In this document: positions 37,633 through 50,900 of the stretch, in pieces | Layout: every line of letters begins with the position of its first letter | Position numbering within the stretch: position 1 is the stretch's first letter | NCBI GenBank assembly: GCA_037379345.1 | Contig: CM074513.1 | Span: 50,137,195 to 50,201,194 of the forward strand | Source of the DNA: Perna viridis | Taxonomy: Eukaryota | Reading direction: 5' to 3' | Length of the DNA: 64,000 nt | Notes under the pieces: model-generated | Told to the model about the DNA's origin: nothing | The model's input: the letters and a program-made list of their open reading frames with translations, nothing else | Database searches by the model: none | Made by a program: the position numbers and the translations under genes

Positions 37633-40600
37633 CTTTTGGTCAACGTTGGTCACCTTATTCTTACTCGCCAAGAGAAGGAAGACCCATTACATGAATATTA
37701 CGCCATATTGTTTTTTGTATATGGTTTATGAGTTCAAAGTTTAAGGACGAAATATTGAACACAAAAAAAAACATATACAAAACAAAATAGATCTACACTA
37801 GGTATTCGAATTTTAAAGCACCTTATGGTCCTCCTTGAGATATAAACAGTTTCTATATCTATATAGCCTAAATGTAGAGTTTATTTATTGTTCTACATTA
37901 TCCTTAGTTTGAAGTATACATGTTGTTGGTGTTACGGTGAATCCAATCTGTAATGTTGACCCAATTATGCTTTGATCCCACTTGAGTCGAAAAATGAGAG
38001 GCATTATGTAATAAAACTGTAAGGATATCAAATTCACAAGAAATCGTTGATGGAAATTTATTTTTATTATACGTTTGATTTGAATATAACGAAGTTTAAC
38101 GAATCAGGTTGCACCAAGTCAAAGTTTTATTCAAGATTTACCAATCATTAGTTTCAAATGAATATCCGTATTGGGATAAAACATTTATAGCTTTTTCGAG
38201 TTCAGGGCTTGATGTCTTGCAAACAATGGAGCATCTTTGTTGTGATCCTGTTCTTCTATTCTTTACGATGGGTTCGTCCTTCGGTTTTAACAACCATTGA
38301 CGCGACAGACCCATATCTATAATTTTCGATATAACATAGGCATCATCCCTTCTTAAGTATGCTCTAATATTGATTCCATCCAAAATACAGACAGCATTTG
38401 GATCCTTGGAATTTTTTATTTCTCTGATAAGTTTGTAACCTGCACCCACAACTAATTTCCGTGACCTCCAGTGGTGCATTCCAACACACCAGAAATTATG
38501 AACTATGAGTAACTTCATCTAAAATGACGTTTAAACTTATATGGTAACAATAATCAGAGATTTTCAACATGCCACTCAGTTCACAAAAACAGAATCATTT
38601 CAGCAAACGTTAGTTTATCTTGTTTTTTTAAATAACAATTATCTTGCTTTTCTACAGGGACAACAAAACAAAATTTCCGTTACGCACTAATATTTTTTTT
38701 CTGTATGTTTGAAAGACTCGGAAGTGCAATGGGGACGCCGAAGTGCGATGGTCGCGCTGATCTGCGATGGTCAACGCTGAAGTAAGCGTTTGATGTTTAA
38801 CGCAAATGCTCGGAAGTGCGTTGGTAGTGGCCAACCATTTCTGCGTTGCTATTGGCAGTCAACAATCATGTCTAACCATCGCAGTTCAGCATGATCATAA
38901 ACGTACTTAGGCGTACTACCATCGCACCTCCGCACAACCATCGTACCTCCGCGTCCCATCGCGGTTCCGAGTCTTTCATATCTAAGCTTTCTGTTTTATC
39001 TTTGTCACTTTTCTTGTGTCCATTGTCGTAAAAACAATTGAGAAGACGAGCTTGATTCCCCAAAAACAATACATCAATTAACTAAAAGAGGCTCACAAAA
39101 AGTCGAAAGGAAAACGGCAATTAGATAAAGGTAAAATGAGGATGTGTCAGGTGACGTGATAGAATTAGTTGCTCATAAGATGTCAAATTCTGGTTAAAAC
39201 GAATGAGAGAAACTACAAACCATATAATTTAACCCTTTCTTATAACATTCTTAAATTTCGAGAAAAAAACGTAAGGCTCTGTCTCTGAATCTTTTAACGG
39301 ATTCTAAATCCAGAGATGCTGAATTTTGCTTCCAGATTTTAGTGGAGTCCGTCAAGTTGCTCAATTACTTTTGTTCTTTGTATGTATTGTACTGGTTTTT
39401 CAGTTTTCTTTTATGTGTATGTCTGTTTTCCATGACTGGTCTTTATTCCTGGATTACTTTCGACTTCCGCTAGAATCTTGGTGCTCATGTTTACTCTTTT
39501 ATATGGTCGATCAATATTTATACCTTTGAGAACGGATGTAAAAATTGAAAGATGAAAAAACCGTCAATAGTCATGCATTGAGCTTAGATTCCTTCATTTG
39601 ATGGAAGGCCTATTTGCAGACATAGTGGGTGAGATTCCGTGAAATCAAACATATTTATAAATGCGAAAACGACCAGAAATTTGCCTGTTTCACAAACCAG
39701 CGTATTTCATTCAGAGCGCTCCTTTAAACACCGGTCTTGTATAATATCCAATTGGAACAGATGAATGCTTACAATCACGTGGTTATTTTTTTTGCAAATC
39801 CACTAAGTTTATACCCAGATTTTTTATTCTAAGAAATATTTTAGCGTAAGTACGATGAGTGCGGATTTCCCCAATCTTTTTTTTTTTCAATGGAAATCAG
39901 GACAAATAAAAATACATCAAAACGATCTATACTTTTAAAAGATTTAAGACTACGTTGCTTTTTTTTCAAGAACATTAAGATGTATTCTTAAACAATTTAT
40001 CCAATTTACTTATCAGGTTTCATATATAGCAGTTATCATACCTAGTGTGTAAATTGTCGTTGTTTATAATTCCCGCCTCGGCAACTTCTAATTTTCAATG
40101 TCAACGGAAGAATTCGGCCTTGAGTCGGAAATGTCACGTGATATTTTCTTGTTTACGCGTTTGACGCGGATGGCGACAGAAGAAATATTTTTAAAGGATG
40201 CCAAGAAAATCATTTCGTTTTGAAATTATTATTTATTTTATATTTGTTTTTTTTTTTTAAACTTTCGCAAAATATTTTGTCCGTATTTCCCAATTGTCCG
40301 GATTTCCCCATGTTTACCCTACCAGTCGCCTTGTATTCGTAATGGAAGAGAATTTATAGTACCTTTATTTTGATTATGTAAATCCTATAAGATGTAGTTC
40401 TTATGATATATGGAATAAAGTTAATTATTTTAAAACGGGAAAACAACAACAGTGATCTCCGAAACTCGGATGTCAATGGACAAAGGCGGATTGTATAAAG
40501 CACTGAAAAGAAGTACAGTATTAGGTGAAAGAGAAAATCGTGTATAATAGCATTGAAAAACAAAACAAAGTAAACAAGGTTATAAAGCATTTATACTGTC

Positions 40601-42856
40601 GTTTACCAGCTTCAAAATTAAATTAAAAAAAATACTAAAATATGGGGAAAAAACATTCAATCAGAATTTAAATTTGAGCGTGCTTATACTGTCTGTTAAA
40701 AAAATCATCTCAATACCTGAAGGTACTCGAAAAAGAGACAAGTTCGGAAAGATGTTATATTTTGTTGCAATTTATTTTAAGTCTAAGGTCTGTAGTTTTG
40801 TCGAATATCATAGGTCAAAGTGGAACCAAACGTTATTAAAAACACTCAAATCCAATTCAAAATATTTTTTTTAAATCAGTATAGATCATATAAATAACAT
40901 ACCTGCATGATGGTGTCGTTCGTCAGGAATTGATGAGACAGATTCCCAAGTATCACTCACAGTATTGTACCTCGATACATGGTTGCTGACCGTTTCTCGT
41001 AATAACCTTGGTGCTCCACCAGATATCAACAAGCATGGCAGATGAAGTGGTTTCCTTGGTAACGTTCTTGGTGACTGAAGCATAAATCAAAGTACAAGTA
41101 AATTAAAAATACATGTACCAGTAATATCAGATCTGTGTAAGCGGGTTCGTTATGTATTTGCTCACCACATTATAATATTGTGGCTGGAAAGGTTGTCAAA
41201 AAGTCGCATCTCTCTATTTTAACTATCGTTTTACTTTCAAATTTGTGACGCGATGTACATTTCTTGACGACAATATGTTTATGCTTCTGTAAACGTGTCG
41301 TGGTTCTGCAAGATATTGAACATATCAGGCGCTGATCCGTGGAAAGGCGTACCGGGCGTACACCCTCTCCCATAAAACTGAAGATTTTTTTTATTAAATG
41401 AAGTCTTGATTTTTCGCAAATTCTAACCCAAGAAATGGTATTGCCTTGCTTCGCTTGGTCTTTATTCTACTTACGACCCCCTAACCTGAACTGAAATTCT
41501 AGATCCGCCCTTGCTTATATATACCTGAAGAACACTTTGTCTTGCCGGCATACAATGGTAGTGAAGGGCTTCCTTGACAAGGTCTTGGCATTCTGGAATA
41601 TTCATCAGATACTCAACAGATTCTACAGAATCAACAATGACAGAGGCGGGGAGCAATGGTAGGCGTATTTTGGTCATTAACTCTCGTGCGTGTTGTATTC
41701 TTTCTTCACGGTCGTGGTTAATCCATAGTAGCATACACTGAAAAACATCAAGCTCGTTGTCCACGGCAAGGTCATCTCTCTACATTGGAAAAAAGTGTTT
41801 TAAACAAACAAATGAAACAGGTTTTATATGTATATACCTGAAGGGATACTGTCGACTAGTTTTATTAAAAAAAGGGATTGAATTTAATTAAAATTTCAAA
41901 GACAAATATAAAGTACATGTCATAAAATCATGGAAACATTAAAATTGCAAGAAAGACGAACGTCTTTACATGGTACGAACCCATTGAATCCATTCGCTAC
42001 ATCCACATTTTCATCTTATCTTCTTGAAATCAATTTTAAATGTTTGCAGGTACATACAGTTACTAAGTCAGAAAATGACTTACTACCAATTTGTTGTTGA
42101 TTATATTGAATGTTGGTTTGTTTTCTTTTCAAAAGTTTTTTTAAATATTGATGCATATTCCACTAAAATCGACATTTAATGAATAGGAATTGATAATTAA
42201 CTTCGGCAGATAAAACTTACTTTAAGCAACGCCACAATTTGATCAAATGGTAGTTCTTTGTATCTTGAACGTCTTGTGATGATTTTAAAACTTTTTGCTG
42301 CTAACTCGAGGCTAGTTTCTCCAAGGCGATTGAGATTAAATTTGAACGACATATCAAGCATCCTTAAGCAGTTCTTTAGAAGTACTGTTGTAACCAGAAA
42401 GTCTTCACATACATCTTTGACGATGAAAAATCCTAGTTTTGTTGCTGCTGATAAGATGCTTTCAGTGTTTCCATCTGTGAGGCGAACTTTGCCCGAATAC
42501 ATGCATTCTAGAATTCCCTCTAAGACATCGGGTGGGATATCAGAAAAATCTATCTCTTTGGGAGTATACTTCTTGTCAACAAATAATTCATAAAAATAGT
42601 CAGAACACGTGACTAATAAGATTTTGTGAACATTGAAAGCTTTTGTTTGTGAAGTAAGTACTAAATCACACATAAGCTTTTGTCGCCACAAGACCTCAAA
42701 TCCATTTAAGACCGTATCTGATAAGTTACAAACTGACCTAGTGCTGGAGCGACCGGTTTCTGGTCTGACACTCAACCTTTTCTGAATGAGGCGATCTAGG
42801 TAGCCAGGGTTCCGTTTGGAAGAGGGATAATTCTTATCTGTTCCCCCAGTTGCCAT
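34473..42856 (-). CDS. Kelch-like protein (BTB-BACK-Kelch, KLHL family), 6 exons, ~647 aa
   Basis: Exons 42856-42221, 41779-41525, 41074-40903, 36347-36165, 35978-35826, 35017-34473 sum to 1944 nt in frame. BTB (CDLVL...HKILLVTCSDYF), BACK (ELDVF..MLLWINHD, IRLPLL), six GG-Y-W Kelch repeats. Confidence 0.92.
35078..35530. mobile_element. TA-flanked MITE (Tc1/mariner-like) in last Kelch intron
   Basis: TA|cagatgagatcagttctaacctctca ... tgagaggttagaactgatttcatctg|TA. Confidence 0.75.
36320..36575 (-). repeat. Degenerate ~45-57-bp tandem repeat made from the Kelch exon-4 acceptor region
   Basis: About five copies of acagcaa(c/t)tacaaaaatacaacaatgtcaaatcacata-like units overlapping the intron/exon junction at 36347. 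Confidence 0.8.
38138..38518 (-). CDS. Stand-alone HIRAN-domain protein (126 aa, intronless)
   Basis: VGMHHW...L..G....LIRE..NSKDPNAVCI......RAYLRRDDA..IS matches the HIRAN pattern (L.REP.N..D.NA..V....GY.P...A); uninterrupted ORF; AATAAA ~70 nt after the stop on the minus strand. Confidence 0.7.
   Translation of the reverse strand: MKLLIVHNFWCVGMHHWRSRKLVVGAGYKLIREIKNSKDPNAVCILDGINIRAYLRRDDAYVISKIIDMGLSRQWLLKPKDEPIVKNRRTGSQQRCSIVCKTSSPELEKAINVLSQYGYSFETNDW
38710..38978. mobile_element. GC-rich MITE with inverted ends and gaagtgcgatgg subrepeats
   Basis: tgaaagactcggaa ... ttccgagtctttca; internal repeats switch orientation at the centre. Confidence 0.7.
39325..39500 (+). mobile_element. 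Penelope-like element 3' tail only
   Basis: Matches the tail ttttagtggagtccg...gctagaatcttgg of the main family. Confidence 0.65.
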
Positions 42857-42930
42857 CCCCGGCCTACAACATCAACTCATGGCGTCAAGATTAGTTCCCT
42901 CCATACCACAGGCTGTCAAGGATCATTTTG

Positions 42931-42938
42931 TGACGTCA
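42931..42938. promoter_or_regulatory. Perfect CRE palindrome upstream of Kelch gene
   Basis: TGACGTCA 75 bp upstream of the ATG at 42856. Confidence 0.4.
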
Positions 42939-43199
42939 GTTCAAATCATCGGTAACCTGACGTATATACATTCAGTCAACTGTTGATTTTTTCACACGGT
43001 AATTTTTCGAACGTAACAGATAAAATTTAGAAACTAAAATGGTAAACAAAAAAAATGCCTTGACAGGTAAATCAGTGGCGGATCCAGAGTGGAAAAGTGG
43101 TTGGCACCCCTCTTTATTGGAAAATTAGTCATTTGCATGCGTAAAATTGACAAAAAAGGCAAATAATGGCCTACCCCCCCCCCTTTGCCGAGGAACTTT

Positions 43200-43842
43200 G
43201 AAGTTTTGATCGACAACATATTTGTCCAGTGTGGTGGACGCGTTTTTAAACAAATGGTCGGAATTCCAATGGGAATAAATTGTGTATCTCTATTTGCTGA
43301 CCTATTCCTTCATTCTTATGAGGCTGACTTTATAGCTGATCTGATCCGAAAGAACACCGTTTAGCTAGATCCTTTGATCTCATTTTCCGCTATATTAATG
43401 ACGTATTATCGTTAAACAATCCTAGTTTCGGGGATTTGATACATCGCATCTAACCAAAAGAACTTGGGATAAAGGATACAACAGACACTGTGAAGTCAGC
43501 CTCATATCTTGACCTACACTTAGAGATCGATGGTAAAGGAAAACTTTTGATCAAACTTTACGACAAACATAATGACTTTTCATTCATAATTACCAACTTT
43601 CCTTTCATCTATAGCAACATCCCTTCAGCACCGGCGTATGGAGTTTTCATATCTCAACCCATACGTTATGTCAGAACAACGTAGACTTTTTGAATCGCGC
43701 TAGACTTGTTATAACGGGTTGCTCATTTACTTTTGTTACTTTGTATTATTTCAGCTACTAAATGGTTTTCCATGTCTGGTCTTTGTCCCTGGATTACATT
43801 CTTTTGATTTCCGCTAGAATCTTGGTTCCCTTGATTACTTTT
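43200..43842 (+). mobile_element. 5'-truncated Penelope-like element copy (RT core, decayed)
   Basis: Aligns with 4495-5010 (GIPMG, FRYINDVL, NIPSAPAYGVFISQ) then jumps to the tail. Confidence 0.85.
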
Positions 43843-44470
43843 AAAAAGTGAAAGAAAATACTTTCAGCTTATCGAACCTCGCGGTACTGTTTTATAAGGA
43901 TCCATATATCTATTGGCTACAGACCTCTAATGCCACTTTCAATAGACTCCAATGCTAATTTCATTTAGTTTAACCATGAAGAAGACAAATGCTGCTTGTT
44001 TAAACTAATAATAGCTATGAAAATTTTAGAGGTAGAGGAGTACATTAAAATTTGTGTAGGAATAATTTTGCTTAACTTGTCTATGTAGATGACGACTGCA
44101 TCATTTACCTTACGCAATTGCTTGTGGTGGTATAGAGAGAAGACGTTTTGGGTTTTTTCCTCGACATCCAATTACAAAGATGTCTGTTGTTGCTATTTAT
44201 AAGATGTATTTAAAGAACTGATTTACCTCTTGCACACCTCGGTGTCAGAGGAGAAATAAAGTGTTTGGTGTTTGTTTGGTGTTTTAATAAATTTTGACCC
44301 AAAAAAAAAAAAAAACAGTACAATTTATAGCGTTTATATTCAGACATTTTTAACCGTCAATGAAACAATATCGGAAAGTAAATGTTTTGAATTCAAGGAA
44401 TGACAAGACTAAGGTGGTCGGTAACTAGAAATAATGTGAGAAAACTAAGAATACCCCGCCTCAAATGCAG

Positions 44471-44617
44471 TTAAGATTCATCATTACCTTTCGACAAATA
44501 TGGCCTAAATTTCATCACTAAATTCCGTTTGACTGCAGACAAACCTTTATATCTTTTAAAGCATAGTATCCCCTACATATGAGGCCATATTTGTCGAAAG
44601 GTAATGGTGAACCTTAA
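44471..44617. mobile_element. TTAA-flanked mini-MITE (36-bp TIRs) nested in a Helentron-like repeat (44423-44990)
   Basis: ttaagattcatcattacctttcgacaaatatggcct ... aggccatatttgtcgaaaggtaatggtgaaccttaa. Confidence 0.75.
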
Positions 44618-47600
44618 TGTATAACAATAAGTTCAATTATCTCCCTCTGGAGTCTTATGACTGCAACTTTAGTCTTTCATGCACATCTACATATGATGTC
44701 CAACCTTCTTATAAAATTCCATCAAAATACCTTGAGCGTTTTAAGAGGAACTGTGCTTGCGAGATTAACATATAAAACCCTCAAATTGGATCATTTACCT
44801 TTGAAATCCTCCAACAGTTACTACATTCCTTCCTCCACGTATGATGCCTAACATTCCTACACTATTTCATCAAAATCCCTTGAGCGGTTTAGGGAGAGAT
44901 ACGCTTACAAGAAAAGTGAACATGTACAGGGATGGACAGACAGACGGAGTGATTCCTATGTACCCCCTTTTTATAGCGAGGGGTATACATAGACAAGGGC
45001 AACACAAAGCATTTCACAGCAGCGTGTAAAGAAGGACTAAGTATGTGCCAAAGTTTGTCAGATCTACTGAGGTTAAGTGAGGTATGTTGAGGTGATGTAG
45101 CATGCACATGATTAGACACTAACATTACTTGGTAGGTGAGGGATAACAAACTAGGCACCATATACTAATAGTATGGTAAATGCACATAAATCGAAAATAG
45201 ATAATAGTATATATGACTTCTACAGATAGGATGATTTCTATATGCTAGTATTTGTGACCTGGTTTAAGTAGGAATTTAAGAGACGTATTCCGGAACACGA
45301 CTATAGTTGATCAAAATAAAATGCATTGTTAGAAACATTTGTCAACTTACGAGTCCAGTTTTTAAAATTACCCACATAATCTATATAAATCTACATTTAA
45401 GAAAAATATTGTGAAGCTGTCCTATCATCAATCTCCATCAACAGAAAGATAAAAAAAAACAAAAGTTTATGTCTATTTGGGTTGAATTTATTAAGATTAC
45501 TTTGAAAACTCCATAGTAAAAATGACGTTCAAATTTACATGCTTTTCTAGGTAAATTGGGACTCCATAATTTTTCTTCTTGTTTAATCACTGGTACTTTG
45601 TAACTTGGCAATAAAAACTTAAAACCCTAATAATGGTTTATTGTCTAGATATTTCTCTTTCACAACATGAAAAAGTATATAAAATTGATTCACTATTGTT
45701 TATTGAAAAAAGTAATTCTGTATAGATTTTAAGGAGGAAATAAAAAAATGGGACTCACTTTTTGCAGGGTGCTGAACATACATGTATTTATATAGTAGAT
45801 AAGTGAATTGAATAATATTGGAGATAATTGAGTGCATACATGTATGTACTAGTACCTCACAACATATCATCAACAGTTTCCTTTCCATCAAGGATTTATG
45901 ATACATGACTAGTGACTTATTATACTGTGGCAGCAAACCATTTCCAACCCAGTATAACTACAGGAATCCTCATCTAGACTGGTATAAACCTATTCACTGT
46001 TGATTCATCATCCTCTGAATCAAGTAATTGGCATATCAGACGTGAAAACGATCTAACGATGAAAGATTTTACAAAATTTATTGACATTTTCAAACATGGC
46101 AATGAGGAAAGAAAAAGAGCAATAACAAAAGTCATGTATATACATAACAACAGAGTTTGTCCATGTATTGAAAAGATATATAAATTTTACAAAACCTGGC
46201 CAGTAAACTATGATACTCAATTATTAATCATGGTTTTGTTAAAAAATTTAACCAAATTGATATCTGAATGATTCAATTACTTGAAGGGAAATAAAATTCA
46301 GGTTACAAATATGGGAATCTTGCTAGTCTAAAAAAAAACAAAAAACTACTGGTAGCATCTGGTTGCAACTTACGGGATTCCCTGAAGTGAAGGGAATAGG
46401 AAAGTATCAGTTGTTTTTGTCTTTGTACAATAAAGTAAAGCATCATGTAAAAAAAGAGAATGCCATTCCATGTAGAAGTGTTTCATCAAACTCAATGAGC
46501 CCTGAGTCTCATTAAAATCCCAACGGTGCAGTCTGAATTACATTTTTGGGATTATTTCCCTTTACAAGTATTCCACACATCATTCTGTTTCATGAAGCCA
46601 AAACTTGAAACATGTATAAAGTTTTCTCAAAATCTTTTGATTGGATCTAAGGAAGTTGGGCTTAAATACAATCTTTAGAACAAGTTTACCCCATTTTAGG
46701 AACAGGAGTTTGATCATCTCCCTTTGCAATATACATATACATAATGTATAAAAATTGAAATGCATAAAATGTTCAAGGAGGGACAGACATAGTGATTCCT
46801 ATATACACCCCTACACAAAAAAAATTGTTTGATCATGATGGGACTTAATAATAAAAATAATAAAGAACTACATGTACATGTATGACCTACATGTCAGAGT
46901 ATAGCTAATGAACAAATCATTCATAGTACAAACTTATTCTTACACTTTACCACATACATGTAAAAAGACTAAATAAAAAATTGAATACATGTAGTACAAA
47001 CATGAATGGAAATGGTGGTGCAGTTACATGTAAAACATAATAGACAAATAGAAGTAATGTGGTTATACATGTATGTAACATAATTCATAGTCTGTGTAAA
47101 AATAATGTAAAAAAACAAAGCACTTAGATGAATGGAATAACATTCTAACATAAAATTAACATGTACAATTTATCACCAAAGGAAAGTAATGTACATGTAT
47201 AATCTCCCTCTTTAATCTTTCTATAACATTGCATGGTAAGAAAATCAGGGCAATCTGTCATTAAAAAATAACAACCTGGAGTACATGAAGTAAACCTAGA
47301 CAAGTAAACTTTGTTTATGTAATGAAAATTCTACATTTTCATGAAATACAGGCTGCCATGATTTTATCCTGATAAGCCTCAATACTAGTGAACTGGTTTG
47401 TGTGGTGAGTCACTGTTTTGATATTTAATGAATACAATATGACCAGTTTACAGTGGAAAAGGCATAATTTTTAATCTACATGTACATGTATTGTGAAATG
47501 CTGTTTTTTTTTCTAAATTAGATAATTACATTTCAAACATGTGGAATGATGAACTGTGAACTAGAAAAAGTCTTCTAAAATGAACATTGTATAACATCAC

Positions 47601-47944
47601 AGTAGAATTTTAACCAGATTTTATATACAAATGTATATGGTAACATTACTTGATTATTATAATAACATAGGCATAAATCTACAAAATGGTTTTTACATGT
47701 ACAAAAGTTTACTTAATTGTGTCAGCACTGAGGAAAGTAGAAAAGTGCAACATAATTTTTCACAAAACATGATCCCTTGATAAGTTGTGTAGTACCTCGT
47801 AATTTTAACCTCCTGAAAGAACATGGTAAATGCACGTCCCAAAAAGTGTCCTTTCACAGTCAGATATGATACACACAACAGCATGACTAAGTCACTGTTA
47901 TGAAATCTGTAGATTCTTTGGTGTCAATCACTGTCATTTTTCTG

Positions 47945-50900
47945 TTAGTTTGGTGCAATGGGTCTTCGGAACAATAGTATGTGAGGTTCTACAAAATAAA
48001 TCAAAATCATAACTAAATAATTAATTGTCATCTGAATATGAAGACAAATAAACAATTCTTTCATTGAAGATCCAGATCGGAACAGTTCAAAATCTCAGAA
48101 TAGGAATTTAATTTATCAAATGTAAATAGTTCTATCTTACATGACAGAACATAAAGCAAAAAATGTTTCTATGTAATCTTCAATCAAACAGAAGTGGTAT
48201 GTCTCGTGGATATCACAGTCCAGTCTTCATACACGTACAGTATTCATAGACATATACTTATACATTTGTAAGTTTCTGATTAACCGTTTAACATTTCTGA
48301 CAGTGTTTTATCATTATCTTATCGAAGTGGTTTAAATTGATACAACTGTAAGTATATATTCATTGGTAAACAAAAACTTGAAATATTTTCACTCTCAACA
48401 GCTTTCAGTTGTTAAATTCATGCAACAAAAGCAGAAGCCCTACTTATTTCAACCACTCGATCTATGAATTAAGAACCAATTTATCTTTAATTATACATTT
48501 TTAATGTATACCTGTACATTAGATGTAATGATCAAATAAACCAAAAATTGAAAAAAAAATATGTTTTTGTGTCACGTCTCCTATCAACATGATTTCTTCA
48601 AATTCTACATTGAGAGCTAAACTTAAATACTGTTTAAAGGGGCTTTTAACAGTTTCTTGTCCTTTGTGCCTTCACATTGATTTTACTTGATACCATGAAG
48701 ATTCAACTTCTTCACTACTTTTCAGCAGTTTTAGATGAAATAAGGTAAATACAAATGTAGTTCAATTACAATGCTTGATAAGAGCAAGTCTGATTGAAGC
48801 CTCTTTTTTTTTACAAAACCCATAAAATCACTTTTTGGAGCCTACTCAGAATAGTTCCAAGTAAGAGGGCTACATGTACCTTTAAAGCTACATATTGTGC
48901 ATGTATGGAGACCATCTTGTTTGTCCAAGCAGAGTTGAAGAGAGGACTGTTTATATAAGATGAAAACAGAGTTAAGAAATAAAGACTGTAAAAGATTACC
49001 AGGTTCATGTCTCATGTAGTGTATCCAACCAACACTTTGTTGTACACCTAAACCTCTCCATTCAGCTTCAGACATCAAATGGGTCTTTGGTACCAATTTT
49101 GCTATCTCTTTTGGCAACATTACATGTCTGTTAATGTACAAGTAATACATAAAGTATTAGTATACTATATACAACAATAATACTACTATAGTACATTAAT
49201 GATTGCATTTTGTAACATGTACTCAACATAAAATTGTCTTATTTGTATCAATGTATAATATACCAATGCTTTGTCAATGTTTAATTTTTTAGAGGGAACT
49301 GTTTTATGGCAATACATGCATGTGTACAACCAATGTGTGTATATTAGTCCATTTGAAATTCTTTAGTATAATGAAAAAACTTCTTTAAAGAAATCAGATT
49401 TTTGACAAAACTTAATTGGAAAAAAAAACACATTACCCATAATGCAAAATTTTTAATTAATACATTTTGTATTAGGACTAGTGGAAAACTTTTTTTATAG
49501 TATATGACAGTTTTTTTTTTTGGACAATAGTTTCAGTATTTATATGATAATAGAAATGTGTAAACATGCCAAAAAAATTCAAATATTCCAACAAAAATCT
49601 TACTTTTGATTTTTTTTTTTATATACTATAGAAGTGAAAAATACATGCATACATGTATGTGTATAATGTAGTCAATGATTTTCCTACTGTTTTATACATG
49701 ATTGTAAGGATGTTAATATACAAATGTAGCCTCCAATTAATACCCTTGATTTGGAACATTACAGTTTCTACAATACAGTAGAGTGGACAGAGAATTTTGA
49801 ACATCCTACCAATCTACATTTTAATCATGTACATTTGTTAATTTTCTTGGATATTTGTAGAAACAGCAATACATGTAGTTTCAACTTGGGGCAACACTGT
49901 TGTAAATGTGATTCTTAGTCCTAATCATGTCGATCATCTGTCTTCCAATGCCGTGTTGGAACTTAACATTCATGTACATCTACATGTAGTTCAAATTTTA
50001 ATTTGTTACAGCTGGTATAGAGCTAGTATTTTCATATCTGTACGAATAACTGCTTATATACACTAAGGATAAATGTACATGAACTAGTAAATATTTTAAT
50101 TTTGTGAAATTCTAAATAGTTCAGCATCACCTGGGTTAATGCGATATTGTTAACATGGTACATATCGTTAACATGTTTGAAAACAAAACCAAAAATGTTG
50201 TCAGAAAATGGTAAGTTTCTGCTATTTATTCATCACTTTTCACGATAATTAATACGACTCTGAACTCGCATAGGAATGCTTATTTGACTGTTCCATGTAG
50301 CAATGGGATCGATTCAGTAACTTGTGAAAAACGATGTGTCAAACTAGGTACACCCCAAAAAAGACATATTTTTTTCGTATATTTCCATCGAGTGTGGAAT
50401 GGGAGAGGAAGGTTATGACAAATCAACACCTTGAATATCTTTAACAACCATTTTACAACATTTCTTTAAAATGTCAGCATCCAGATTTCACAGATAAGGA
50501 CAGTAATGGTACTCTTTTGAAATGTGGTGTAATGAAAACATGTGGTTTTTAACACGGTAGATGTTTTAGCGCAATCCAGTTGTCATTACAAAAATGTTAT
50601 CGCTAACACGTTATGACAATATTATTTCTGGACAATAAATCTGTAGACTGTTACCGGTCATGTTGTTTAACATTTAAAATGTTACACATAAATACAATTG
50701 GAATAAAGCTGTATGATAATGTAAATCATATTTTTGTCGTTTGTATTTACAGTGACTGTTCATATTATAAAATCAGATACAGACATAAAAACAGGGTTTT
50801 CATTTTATATGGGTCTTTTTATTTTGATGGTGAAGTGATGCCTATAAAAGAAGAGAGTACAAAGGGGGAAACAAGCCTTTTTCAAATATTTAGAACTTTC

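Larger units (their letters stand above)
36723..40319. mobile_element. Non-autonomous TIR DNA transposon (TA TSD) carrying a HIRAN ORF
   Basis: TA|gggtaaacatggggaaattcggac (36721-36746) and gtccggatttccccatgtttaccc|TA (40296-40321), 1 mismatch; subterminal ggggaaatccggac repeats at 36930-36980 and 40279-40292; no transposase ORF inside. Confidence 0.85.

Noticed and set aside
42258-42593. Antisense ORFs opposite real coding regions (also 5997-6356, 34531-34740, 55467-55709, 62828-63247)
   Set aside because: Shadow frames of genuine coding sequence with no independent motifs.
45975-46055. Possible extra terminal exon on the minus strand (…LLDSEDDESTVNRFIPV-stop)
   Set aside because: No linked upstream exon or recognisable homology; CKS already terminates at 47945.
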